DNA of 63,208 nt, the filler included, from Octopus bimaculoides (Eukaryota), in the NCBI RefSeq assembly GCF_001194135.2. It is 3 parts of 3 records of this genome, joined end to end, with 100 filler letters (N's around TTAATTAATTAA, not from the genome) between each part and the next. Parts side by side here need not be neighbours in the genome. Positions count along the whole stretch, not along the records: positions 34,223 to 63,208 come from NC_068981.1; 2 more parts are not named here. One strand, 5' to 3'. Below, in pieces: positions 50,360 to 62,889 of this stretch. The translations under genes were made by a program, and so were the position numbers. The notes beneath the pieces are model-generated. The model was given only the letters and a program-made list of their open reading frames with translations. It made no database searches and was not told the origin of the DNA. How positions within the stretch are numbered: position 1 is the first letter of the stretch; each line of letters starts with the position of its first letter.

Positions 50360-51930
50360 GTGAGTTTACTGATCGGACGTGTTATTACTTCCGTCGTCCC
50401 AGGCCTGCTGAAGCAAAATGAAATACATTGCAATGAAGACATGACTGAGAAGGTTGGAAAATATAAAGAAATGATAAGGAAGGAGGGGTCAAACGTAAAG
50501 TTGACCCCATCAGAGGAGGAAAGAACAAAGATGAAATTTGGAGGCGTGGAATATACATCATTTTCAAGGAAAAATACAAGAATAGAGAGTGCAACGAAGG
50601 AGGAGGTGGAGGAGTGTTTGAAGGAATTGCAAGAAGATGTGTCGTTTTTTACAAGAAGCAAGACATACGCGTCTGTAGAGATCATATTTGTATCGGAGGA
50701 GGCAGCAAAAAATACGCCAATAAAACACTAGCCAAAGGAAATTGGATGCTCTTTCCCAATAACTTGGGTAGACGTCCAACGTGGATTAGAGTGGGTAGGA
50801 TACCACCGAAAATAGAGTTGGAATGGGTAATGGCAGCAGTATTTCCTGAAGGAGAAGAAGATGTAAGGATAATTATGATAAACAGAACCCAACAAATAAA
50901 TTGTTGGGGGTATGAATTAGAGGTACTTTTTATGGCAAGTCCGAAAGTTTACAGTGGCATACCGGAGACACTGGAACTGCCTAACGAGGACAAAGTGGGC
51001 ATAATGTTGGAGGGGAGACCTCCAAAGTGCTACGAATGTGGCAAAAGAGGTCACATTAGAAGAAGGTTCCCAGAAATAATGGAAAACAAAGAAATGGAAA
51101 CGCAAGAAGGCGCGATAGAGGAGAGGAAACAGTTACAGGAAGAGCAGCAGATAGCTGATTTTGAGGAAGCAAAATCTAGGAAGACAGAAAGGAGGAGCTC
51201 ATCGCCGATAGTCGAACAAGGGAAAAAATACAAACAACAGGATCAAGTGGGAACATTGAGGAAAGAGGATAATAACAGAACATTACCACAGAACCATACA
51301 ATCTCACAATCGCACAGACAGAAAGATACACAGATGCATAAACACACAGACATACATACACTCGGAAGAGTAGAAGATAACGCAGAGTTGCAGAAACCTA
51401 AAAGCACAGAACCTGAAAACACAGACACACAAACACAACATGCAGACCCACCGACAGATAAACACGCAAATATACAGTCGCAAAGAAATATAGAAGAACA
51501 GATGCATGGTAGTACAGAATCACAAAATCCAAGAAAACAAACATACAGACGCAGGAGGTACATAATAACGGTACATATTTGATGTCATATCGATATACAC
51601 AATAAATAGAAAAGAAGATATCCAAAATAAAACACATTGTCAAAGTGAACCACTCGGACGGTTGCAATAAGGAGATGAGATGGATTTTAACAGAAAATGA
51701 AAAGTATAAAAAATTAAAAGAGGCTTTCCCGACAGATATAAACGCATTGGGGCCCGAGGTGAATTTCGAACCCGGCGCCCCAGTGGTGACCTACGAGGAA
51801 ATAAAAGATTATATCAAATGGTGAGTAGTTTTATTTTGGATAAATTATTGAGAGACTTTTGAAAAGAACTATCGAAGACTGTGAAAGGAACTATTAAGAA
51901 CTGCTGAAATAATTGAAATAACGCGGCCGC
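50360..51930 (+). mobile_element. Tx1/L1-type ORF1 (gag-like, RRM region plus zinc knuckle) element with no visible ORF2
   Basis: ORF 50441-50731 continues after a single-base slip in the A run near 50708 into TLAKGNWMLFPNNLGRRPTWIRVGRIPP...IMLEGRPPKCYECGKRGHIRRRFP (knuckle 51028-51069, last Cys changed to Phe), then a Q/T/H-rich tail to 51582. Confidence 0.75.
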
Positions 51931-52039
51931 CCCGGGTTCGCCATCCCATCATCATTGTTTAATTTCATTGTTCCAGTATATCATGTGTTAATTGTCTCCG
52001 CATGTGTGTATTGTCCAATCTGTGTTTAGCCCCCCGTGA

Positions 52040-52455
52040 GCAATTAAGAAATTGGTATTTCGTCCGTCTTTATGTTTTGAGTTCAAATTCCGCCCAGTCG
52101 ATCGACTTTGCCTTTCATCCTTTTGGGGTCTATAAATTACGTGTCAGTTGCGTACTGGGGTCGTTCCAATCGACTGCCCACCACAAAAAAAAAGAAAAAA
52201 ATTCGGGCCTTGTGCCTAGAGTAGAAAAGAATATATATTTACATGTATAACGCGCAGTAGTGGTAGGAACGTTGGGATGCCGGGAAAATGCTTGACGACA
52301 TTTAGTCTACGTTCTGAGTTCAAATTCCATCAAGGTCGACATTGCCTTTCATATATTCGGTGTCGATAAAGTACAAGTTGTTCTCTGAAGATCGATGTAA
52401 TCGACTTATCCCCTTCACTGTCATTTCTGGCCTTATGCCAAAATTTGGAACCCAT
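52040..52455 (+). mobile_element. Two tandem SINE family B copies
   Basis: GAGTTCAAATTCC core at about 52080 and 52316, each followed by GTCGAC(T/A)TTGCCTTTCAT. Confidence 0.85.
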
Positions 52456-53169
52456 ATACATTTACATGTATAGTACAACAATGGATACGTAATTTAGTAG
52501 CAAACCTATAGGACACCTGTAAATAAGAAAGACAGTGATTTTGGTTTGAATTCTACAACACTACATAGGCGAAATGCAACCATGAAATGATATAAGTAGA
52601 AATTCGATATTATATATATCTGCCATAAATCCAATGACGCGTAAGTAGAGCTAACTCACTAGCTAATTTTTAAAAGCATATCTTCATATAGTATCTACCT
52701 CACGGATTTAAAATAACCGTATCGTGTTATATTCGTAAAGGAGTACCCAAAACATAAAAAAACTTAGTACTATCACTTGAAATTTATTAATATCATATTC
52801 ATCATAGAGAAATGATCAGGTGTGAAGTAAAAAATCGCTCACTCTCTTATACCACTATATTTTCCAACAAGCAAAATTTGCTTCCCTCAGTTCAAGCAGC
52901 CAATAAATTTTGATTAAGCATACTTAAAATTTGCAAAGAATATATATAAATTTAAATATGGAATGATGTCACCAAGTCCGTGATATCGTTATGGTTGAAG
53001 ATAAAGGAGAACGATTACAGATACTCCACCAGGCAGAAGTGTAGTAGTGCAAGGGTGAGTTTCGACAAGAATCATTGATTCTGAATCGTAACCTCAGTTG
53101 TATTTCCAGCCAATTTCACAAGCTCCGATGCTGAAAGAAGCGATGGTATAATCTCATATGATATACTAC

Positions 53170-53330
53170 ATGTCGATTGTAACTAAATATTATATAAATT
53201 GGGCTGAAGATAATATGAAATTTAAGGATTCTAAATTTCAAATGCATCGCTATCAATTAATGAGTTCATCGCAACCATGGACACATAGGTTTGGGAGAAA
53301 AATGTTTGACGAGGTGGTCAATGTGTGTAA
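53170..53330 (+). mobile_element. Short CR1/L2-like RT remnant inside the TIR element
   Basis: YINWAEDNMKFKDSKFQMHRY resembles the WAxxNxMxFNxxKFxxLxY RT motif. Confidence 0.35.
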
Positions 53331-53956
53331 TGAGACATTTTCCATGGGTATATTATTAAAGCCAGAACAATGGGCAGGTGACCGGAGGGATGTTTCGTAG
53401 GTCATTCCGAACGACTAAAAGTTATGTCACGTTTTATTTCCTTCGTCTCATTTTCAAAAGTTTATTCTTAGTTATGGTCGTCATATTCTATCTAACTAAC
53501 GAGAGAACTTGAAGAAATCCGACGCTGCCTTAGGGAGAAAGTCATTGCGATACAATAGAAGTAGAATGGGAAGAGCGTCAGCACAAACAGGAGAAATATG
53601 AAATTATATATATATGGTAAAGGTGGCTTATTCGCATGTTATAACCAAAAGGCAGATATATAGACATCATTAAAGTGACTAAGAGTACTAGACAGCAACA
53701 GTACTGCTAGAAGTGAGAGTGAAAGCAACTCATAGCCATAGAAAGCGCTTATCATTATGATTGACGTGGGACGCAAGCGCCTACATCCAGGACATAGCCA
53801 GATCACCAGTGATTTTGCATTTCATTAATGCCCGTCAGTGGCTCTTACCTGGCCTAGGGTTAAACTTGCCTTGTCAGTTTATAAGACGACCGTAGAAATC
53901 GCACGCCGATTTCATAAATGGTAAAAGTGAAAATTATAAATAGTAAAGGTGGCTTA

Positions 53957-54257
53957 TCTTAATATATAAAGCTGAAGTTGTGTGTCTGTGTAAAGCCTTT
54001 TTAAAAGTGTATAGAAATCCACATTTTCCACTTTTTCCTAAAAAATATTACATCAATGGAATTTTCTCGATGTGAACTTTCCAGTGCAGTAATTAGATTT
54101 TTTAAATTCCGTTTACTTTGTGTGATTTAAGGGAGATTTGACTGTTGTTTCTAACAACTTTTATATTTCTTGTCTTCTACCTGGAACAGCGTTCTTACAC
54201 ACGCGTTCAACATATAATATAGAAATTAAGAGTAAAAGAGGGAGATAGAGAGAGAGA

Positions 54258-54305
<48 letters not shown>

Positions 54306-55988
54306 NNNNNNNNNNNNNNNNNNNNNNNNNNNNNNNNNNNNNNNNNNNNNNNNNNNNNNNNNNNNNNNNNNNNNNNNNNNNNNNNNNNNNNNNNNNNNNN
54401 NNNNNNNNNNNNNNNNNNNNNNNNNNNNNNNNNNNNNNNNNNNAGTGATACATACAAAGTCATAGATTAAACTTTCCTCTCGGTATTCTTTACCTATTTT
54501 TCATAACATTGTTACGTAAAAACACACACAACCACACATACGTGATCTGTGACAAAAACAACAACATTGCTCTCGTTCTCTATTCCTTTCTTCCCCTCTT
54601 CCTCTCTCGCTCTCTCAAACGCAGACACGTGCAAGTAAACACAATCATTCACAAAAGTATAACTCATGTTCGTCAATGTGGCTTAACTACAGAGTTGTAC
54701 CCGCCGACTTTGGAAGGTCATAACTTTCAGAAAAATGAATATTTTTTAATGAAATTTTCTATGCATATATTATTTATTATGTAGATTCCGAATAAACAAA
54801 AAGAATTGGTGATAGTGTTTTAGGAGGGGGGTTGGACAATTTTCGCAAATTCCACTTAAATTCCTTTTAACTTTAACTTTTAACTTTAATATTTTTTTCG
54901 TGAAATTTTCTACAAATATACCTTGATGTATGTACATTTGAAGCATATAGGAATTTTGAAGGAAACAACTGCAGGTTATTTTTGAGAAGTGTTCCCCACT
55001 CGGTCGTGTTTCGGAGCAAGTCGTCCATATTTGTTTCATTTTCTCTATTATAGGCTTCTGTGTATCTGTAGATTTCTAATGAAGTGATAGGCAGTGAAGA
55101 GAAGACGTCATAAGAAAACTTTTAACTACCTCTATTCCTTTCTCCCTCTCTATCTACCTCTTCCTCTCGCGCTCTCTCGAACGCATACACGTGCAAGTAT
55201 ACAATCATTCAATAAAATATATCTCATATTCGTCAATGTTTTGTAAATATATCACCATTTTCACTAGGGTGTTAGGGTTAGGGTTTTAGGGTCAGGGTTA
55301 GGGTTTTAGGGTTAGAGCTAGGGCTTAAGGTTAGTGTTAGGGTTAGTGCTAGGATTAGGTTTAGGCTTAGGAGTGGGTAATCGTGCGGGAGTTAATCTGA
55401 AAAATTACAGATATGTGAAAAGAACCGACCCTGTCATCTATTATAACTTTTGTTGTTCTGTTTAATATATATATATAGATTATGCCTCCAAAGAAGTCAG
55501 TTTGCAGGGGAAAGACAGTAACCGGTTTAAAATGACAGCAACAGACTGCAGCAATTCACCACATTCCAGAAGCTACTTTGAACACAATGCAAAATGGTGC
55601 ATCAACATCTTCTGCCCAATCTGATAGAATTCTTGCAAAACTGTGTAGCAACAGATTGCCGGCAATTGCTTCATCACAAATTGCCGTCCTAGCCCCTGTG
55701 AAAAGGGATTACCCGGCTATGTATAATCAGGGCAGCGCAAACAGTTTTTTTGCACAAGCATTTCTATAGCCAATTAGACGGATGAAATTTACGTGCGCTT
55801 AAAATTTTACGCAAAACAGCCTTCAGACTTTCCCTATTAATTTCATCGTCTTTTGAATTATGAACATATTTACACCATAAGGGTTGTTTCGTTGTAAGGC
55901 TTTCTGTTTTAGTTGATTTTCACCAAGCAAGACTTATCGTACATGGCGTAATAAGTCACACCCGGACAAGGTCAGGTTATACTGCTAG
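53957..55988 (+). mobile_element. Non-autonomous Helitron nested in the TIR element
   Basis: The 5' end TCTTAATATATAAAGCTGAAG follows A at 53956. The 3' end has an imperfect hairpin ACCCGGAC-AAG-GTCAGGT (55960-55977), a 7-nt spacer and CTAG (55985-55988), followed by T. Insertion between A and T without a TSD is canonical. Confidence 0.7.
55265..55375 (+). repeat. Degenerate interstitial (TTAGGG)n-like array
   Basis: TTAGGGTTAGGGTTTTAGGGTCAGGGTTAGGGTTTTAGGGTTAGAG..., decaying to the right. Confidence 0.9.
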
Positions 55989-56022
55989 TTCACAATATAA
56001 GCGTGCGCATGTGTGTGTTTGT

Positions 56023-56024
<2 letters not shown>

Positions 56025-56092
<68 letters not shown>
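56025..56092. repeat. (TG)n microsatellite
   Basis: Direct. Confidence 0.95.
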
Positions 56093-56097
<5 letters not shown>

Positions 56098-57495
56098 GTG
56101 CTTGCGTTGGTGTGTCCGTTTAAATGTTAGCGGGCGAAAGAAACGGTACATAGCAGAAGTTGATATTTTAATTTTTATTTAGCTCCGTCAAACTCTTGCT
56201 GTTCTAAGGTTCGCCTGTTGGTGCTGAGTCTTTAGGTAAGTTCTCAGTTTTTGGAAGTTTCTGTGAACATACAAGTGTAACTCAGTGTAGGAAGATCTGC
56301 CACGAAAAAAGTGAAACAGTATTATATATACATGTACATGTGTGTGTGTGTGTATACACATCACTAAAGTAACTGTGGGTGCTAGTAACGACTATACTTG
56401 TTACTTTTCATTTGTAAATTGCGAAAAGCCACATTGGTTTTATATATATTCTTTGCAAATTTTAAGTATGCTTAATCAAAATTTATTGGCTGCTTGAACT
56501 GAGGGAAGCAAATTTTTCTTGTTGGAAAATATAGTGGTATAAGAGAGTGAGCGATTTTTTACTTCACACCTGATCATTTCTCTATGCATGAGTTTGTTAG
56601 TGCGTGCGTATGTGTATGTGCGTGTGGTGTGTGCATGTCTATATGTTGAAGTTCCAAAATGACCTACAACCAAGTTTATCTTCGAAATTAAACCAATTCT
56701 CCCACTAGGCACCATTTAAAGACGGATGCTTCAACGATTTGGTGCTTCAAGGCACAAGACTACAATAACATGTTGAAGAGCTGTGAGATATATAAAGTGT
56801 GGATGTATATGAATTAAAGGTATCTGGATTTTGTATTATCAGAAATCCTAGATCAACCTAACCAAATGAGATAATTCAAATCAGGATATGTCCTTGGTAG
56901 TGTGCCTCGAGAGCACGTTCGCCACATACGGCTGTCAGGTATCATCTACGGTACTGCACTTTAGTCGTGAGACCTACGTAAGTAATATGTCGGTGCACGT
57001 TTAGTATATTCTACATAATTCAGAGGGAAGACAAAAAGTGTACTGCTAGCTTTATGTAGCATGACGGTCATTTCGCTGACTTCTGCATTACTCCCTAGTG
57101 GGTGGGAAACAATATAATGAAATCGAATGAACTCCACAGTGCAGAAGAAACCTAATCAGGTTACATAAATTACGGTGTTATAATAAGTAAATTTCGCTAC
57201 TGTATGTGGCAGGATGGTGTTGTTAGGATGCGTTCATAGTAGTTCGCAAATCCATTGACGAGGTAAGTTGTTTGGTATGTGTTCGTTGACTGGTGAGTAA
57301 ATGATACAAAGAATCAAATACAAAGTATAAATGTAATGGTCAGAATGGCTTTTGAATGAAAAACGCTCAAAACGTCATGGAGTTCATCAGTGGTTGGTTA
57401 TGCGTAACATTCGTCGCAACGTGGGTATACATATACACTCATACATGTATATGCATTTATATATAAACACACAAACATGCACATATATGTATATA

Positions 57496-57545
<50 letters not shown>

Positions 57546-57707
57546 NNNNNNNNNNNNNNNNNNNNNNNNNNNNNNNNNNNNNNNNNNNNNNNNNNNNNNN
57601 NNNNNNNNNNNNNNNNNNNNNNNNNNNNNNNNNNNNNNNNNNNNNNNNNNNNNNNNNNNNNNNNNNNNNNNNNNNNNNNNNNNNNNNNNNNNNNNNNNNN
57701 NNNNNNN

Positions 57708-57747
<40 letters not shown>

Positions 57748-57767
<20 letters not shown>

Positions 57768-57910
57768 GCCTTTTTGCTTCTGTTTGTCTTTGTCCTCCAC
57801 CATTGCTTGACAACCGGTTTTGATGTGTTTAGGTCCGTGCAACTTGGAAATTCATCAAAAACGACCGATATATATATTAGGTCGCAAGTAAATGACTGAA
57901 GCAAGTAAGA
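57748..57910 (+). mobile_element. SINE family A 3' half
   Basis: CTCCACCATTGCTTGACAACCGGTTTTGATGTGTTTAGGTCCGTGCAACTT...AAATGACTGAAGCAAGTAAGA. Confidence 0.7.
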
Positions 57911-58101
57911 TGCTAAAAGATTAAAGGATGGATGTTATATATATCCTTATATGTGTGTAGGGAGTTTAAAATATATGTGCCTGACTGAGTGAGTGCGTGA
58001 GTGAGTGTGTGTGTGTGTGTATGTGTGTGTGTGTGAGTGTCTGTGTGTTTATGTGTGTTTATGTGTGTGCGTGTGTATGTGTGTGTGNNNNNNNNNNTAT
58101 G

Positions 58102-58145
<44 letters not shown>

Positions 58146-58913
58146 CGGTGCGAGTTAGTGTTGATATCGTGAGTGTGTACAGAAAAAAGTTTGTAGAGAG
58201 CAAGAAAGAAAGTGTTTTGTAGGCTCAGGATTCAGTCAAATTAAATCGATCACAATAACAAAAAGCAACTACTCAGATTAATGTTCTATAAATACGTCAT
58301 ATGACAAACGAACGGCCGCAGGACGTATCATACTATAAGTTATGGATGGTTGGAACTGCAGGGTTTCGGGCAAAACACTTTATGATGTTTACGTACATTA
58401 TGTACATTAGTTCGCTGTCTCTGTTCGTTTTCATCTTGGCTGATCATAACTTTGATGTTAACCCTTTCGAGATTTGATAGAAATATGTACCAGTCAAATG
58501 TTGGTTTATCACTTATGCCTTTCTCTGTCTAAATGTTTGATGTTGTGGTGCCAGTGACAGAAATAAATATTATTATATTCATATTTTACTGAATTCTATG
58601 TGCAAGTTAAATGCAATAAACCAAAGATATGAAAAAAAAATCATTTAGCGAAGTTAGTATTATAGTATATAAATATTTTATGTAGCGTTATCCAAGCAAT
58701 CAGTATTAGAAATTATTTATTTTAGTGTGTCTTGGATTTCCAAGGGAATTCTTCAATCTACAAGTCACTTAGTTCTTTTTCTTTATCAACATACTTACTG
58801 CCGTTTTTATGGTTGTTTTTATCCGTCGAAGTTTGCAAGATTTTTTTTTATTTTCAAGACCTTATTCATAAAACTATTCGAAACAAATTTCAGTTTCCGA
58901 GTTTGCACTGATA

Positions 58914-58976
<63 letters not shown>

Positions 58977-59043
58977 NNNNNNNNNNNNNNNNNNNNNNNN
59001 NNNNNNNNNNNNNNNNNNNNNNNNNNNNNNNNNNNNNNNNNNN

Positions 59044-59081
<38 letters not shown>

Positions 59082-59089
59082 GATCTACC

Positions 59090-59170
59090 TCCCTACCCAC
59101 CTTCTACCTACCTACCTACCTACCTACCTACCCACCTACCTACCTACCTACCTACTTACATACATACATA
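59090..59170. repeat. (CCTA)n/(CATA)n microsatellite
   Basis: Direct. Confidence 0.9.
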
Positions 59171-59730
59171 CTATATTTTACTTGCGGTCATGCCTGGGCA
59201 CGGTTTTGAAGTGTTTAGTCGAACAGTTCATTTGCAGTGCATTTTCGTCTGGTTTAGCACTTATTCTATTGCAGTTTTTAGCCGAGTGCTGTGTTATTGT
59301 GACGTAAAACAAACTAAAATCTCTAGTGATGTGGTGGTAATGTACAAACGATGTAAACATGCATGCATACATATATATGTGTGTGTGTCTGTATAGAAAG
59401 GAGTTGTTCTTTCTTAGAGATATATTATCCGAGCGCACACAAGTTTTGTACTAATATCGATTAGCAATAATGGAAATATTTCACGTGTATAAATACTAGT
59501 ATTTATCGTTGGTTCTTCTTCAATGTTAGGACTTTACACATCTGAACTTTCAGTTGTCGCTATAGATATTTCCATAAGTTTCGATATAGGAGAAAAATGT
59601 TTCAAAATTATTTTCTAGTATTTTTTAAAACCGATATCCAACCTTCATGCAAATATAACGATTTTGGAGTACTAAAATGTGTAGAAGAGGCACATTAAGG
59701 CACAGCTTGAATTAGAATGCTATCGACATA

Positions 59731-59776
<46 letters not shown>

Positions 59777-60049
59777 TATCTCGATGGTTGTACATGTACA
59801 GATTTTTATTAATATGTCACGTTTTTAAAAATTAGCGCTTGCATCTATTATTGTAGATTCTCCAGATTTAAATTTTCTTCAGAGGATTTGTCTCTTTTTT
59901 TAGTATTATTGAATATGTAGGGATCGAGAGACATGTATAACAACAACAAACAAATACACAAAAACACACACACACACCCTCACCACCCCTATTTCTCACC
60001 GTCTTTTACTATCCCATATATATATCTATCCACCGCTACACATTTTTAC

Positions 60050-61410
60050 AATTAGCTTTTTTCGTTGTCGTGGACAGCGTTCTATAAACTAATGTCTGCT
60101 TGGTTACATTCGCTGTCGTATCTTGCGGCGCAGTCAACCTCAGGCTGGTACCGTCCTTCTCAATGAGCTTTTGTTCTATTTTCACCTCTCGAAACTGCAG
60201 ACCGTCTGCAGTTAAGCTTCTTCCCGTTGCCGAGGCATAGCTACCGACTGGTTCGTTGGGCTTTTCCTGAGTGTGGTAGTCGGGCTTATAATATATTTAC
60301 CGTCTGCCACTTCGGCGGTTATGTCCCTTATGTCTTCCATATACCTCATCTTCATATCCGTAAACAGTTTCTCGTTTGTTCTTGCATACCTAAAGTCCGT
60401 CCGTGTTTCTTTCGTTGCTCTTAACAATTGTGTCATGGTGTGCACTAATGACTCTAGCTAATGGCTCATTCTTTTCGCGGAACTCTATAGTTTTTACTTA
60501 TAATTTGGGGAAGGGTTAGGCAAATGGCCTCCTTGTGGGATTCGGCTTGGGTTGGTGACTTTGCTTTTGTGCGTCTATGTTTTGTGCAATTTATTTGTTT
60601 GGGGATTCAAGGACTTGTGCCTTCTTACGCTTATGAGTCACCGTTGTAATCTCCTTCTCCTCGGTAGTTTCGTTCTTTTTTCCCGTTGTTCTCCCCTCCT
60701 TCCCTTCTGCTGCGCTTTCTGGTCTGTCTGCTGATGTTTCCTTCGCAGTGTTTTGGAGAGGGCCTGATTCTCATTTTTCTTTTTGGTACGCTTGGAGCAG
60801 ACGTCACCCTTCTCTCCACACTTGAAGCATCGGGGCCCACGTCCCATACACACGTACCTCTACAGACATATTTTCAACCCTCCTCCACAAACACTATTTC
60901 GGGTAAATTTTCCAGAGTGTTGTTCGCCTCTTGAAGTACCATCTCGAGCCTCTGGCCTCGCCAATTCACGGCATCCCACCTCTTCATTTGTAGGATGAAG
61001 TCTTCTTCTTCAACGTCATATATTATTGCCGCTGCTGCCCACATCACTTCATAACCAGCTGGTATATCTTTTATCGTCACTTTCGCCTTTTTGCGGCCAA
61101 AGTATCTGGGTAGCAGCATAATTTCGTCGTTTTTTTAGTGTCTTTGTGGACACATCTTTTGCTACGTCAGCCGTTTGAAACTGCGCTTCAACAGTTGTGA
61201 TTTGCGTTCCACAGCTGAGGTAGCATACATTATTCCATATATCTGCCATGCACCTCCCCACCTCTTCATTTTTTGCCTCCACAATTTCTTTTCTTTTATG
61301 GTGTATATCTTGTATACAACTGTACGGGCATTAATTACCCGCACTGTTTCCGCGGGCGGCAACGGTTTCGTGTCGCTGCAACTTTTTCGATAAAGTTCCT
61401 AAACTTAACT
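60050..61410 (-). mobile_element. Tx1/L1-type ORF1 remnant, second subfamily
   Basis: Frameshifted minus translation ...TVEAQFQTADVAKDVSTKTL...LLPRYFGRKKAKVTIKDIP...LENLPEIVFVEEG...GRGPRCFKCGEKGDVC. Confidence 0.7.
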
Positions 61411-62170
61411 GTTCCATCCGGACATCTAAATCTGGAGGGCTGTTTGAACGAATTGGAAGAAGATGTGTCGTTTTTCACAAGAGGCAAGACATACGCGTCT
61501 GTAGGGATCACGTATCGGGGGAGGTAACAAGGAAATACGTCAATAACGCATTAACTGTAGAAAACTGGATGCTCTTTCCCAATCAACTGAGTAGACGTCC
61601 AACGAGGATAAGGGCGGATAGGATCCCGCTGAAAATAGAGCCACAATTCGTAATGGCAGCAATTTTTTTGTGGAAAAAAAGAATAAGTAAATGTAGTTAT
61701 GATAATCAGAACCCAACAAATAAATTGCTGGGCGATAGTTTGGAGGTGGTTTTTCACGGCAAATCAGACAGTATGCAATACCATACCGGGGACACTGGAA
61801 TTCCCAAACGAGGAAGGCTATGAATGTAGTAAAAGAGGTCAAATTAGAATGAGGTGTCCAGAAATAATGGAAAACATAGAAATGGAATCGCAGGAAGGCG
61901 TGATAGAGGAGAGGAAACAGACACAGTGAGAGGAACAAGGAAGCTAAGTCAAGGAAGAGAGAAAGCAGGAGCTCATCGCCGAAAGTTGAACAAAGAAACA
62001 ACTATAAATCACAGGATCAAGTGGGATCACTGAGGAAAAAGTATAAAAGCAGAACATCACCAAAGAAACATACAGACACACAATCGCACAAACACACGTA
62101 TTCACCGGCGGATTAGCACACAGGCATACATACACACGGAAGCGTAAAAGATACCATAGAGTTGCACAAA
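61411..62170 (+). mobile_element. Decayed paralogue of the 50360 ORF1 element
   Basis: GAAGAAGATGTGTCGTTTTTCACAAGAGGCAAGACATACGCGTCTGTAG and TGGATGCTCTTTCCCAAT...AGACGTCCAACG are close to 50633-50781; colinear through GGAGCTCATCGCCGA. Confidence 0.85.
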
Positions 62171-62284
62171 CTAAAATACTGAAGAACTTTACATGCTAAA
62201 TACCAATTTCCAGCCATACTCCGAGGCGAACAGTGACTTCCCTTTTCCTTTTCACATTACAATTTTAAAGAAAAAGTTTTTAAA

Positions 62285-62520
62285 AAATGAAGTTTTTATT
62301 ACCCACAATGGGCGAACACAGAGGGGACTACACAGACCTGCAGCAACAAAAAACACATGAAAAGATGAATGCAAAATGAAAATGATTTCAATGAAAATGA
62401 GACGATGGTGGCGATAATGTTAGAGAGACTATCAAAGTGTAACGAATGTGGTGAAAGATGGCACTTGAGAAAGAAATGCCCTAGAGCAGCAGTGGAAATT
62501 GTAGAGGAGTGTATTCCATC
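62285..62520 (+). mobile_element. Further ORF1 fragment with an intact CCHC knuckle
   Basis: MVAIMLERLSKCNECGERWHLRKKCP (knuckle 62438-62479). Confidence 0.65.
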
Positions 62521-62889
62521 TATATTTTGAGTTATCTCGTATCTGTCTATATTTCCGTGCTTTTGTATGTCTGTGTGTTCGTGTGTCTGTGGGTCTGATC
62601 GTGGCGTTATACAAAAAAACTGCTGCAAAGCAGTACAAAACAACTCGACCAACAAAAAACCGCAGCGAAGCAAAAACACATCCGATAATTAAATCCTGTA
62701 GGTATTGAATAAAGGGTCGTTAAAATCTTTTCTTTAAAATGTAAGGAAAAAGGAAATTGCGTGTTTACCCAGGAGCGGTGCTGGAAATTGTTACTTAAAA
62801 TGTAAGTTTAAAAAAGAAAAACAGATCACGGTTTCTTCTCGGAGCGGGACCGAGATGGCCGTCTCATTTTCATTTTTATTTAATTCATT

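Larger units (their letters stand above)
52803..56586. mobile_element. Non-autonomous DNA transposon with 148-bp TIRs (CATAGAG...CTCTATG) and a 3-bp CAT target duplication
   Basis: 52803-52950 is the reverse complement of 56439-56586 with one mismatch seen by eye; CAT lies at 52800-52802 and 56587-56589. Confidence 0.9.

Noticed and set aside
60193-60213. Hairpin AACTGCAGAC-C-GTCTGCAGTT as a terminator or ribozyme
   Set aside because: It is an isolated palindrome inside a decayed element with no supporting context.
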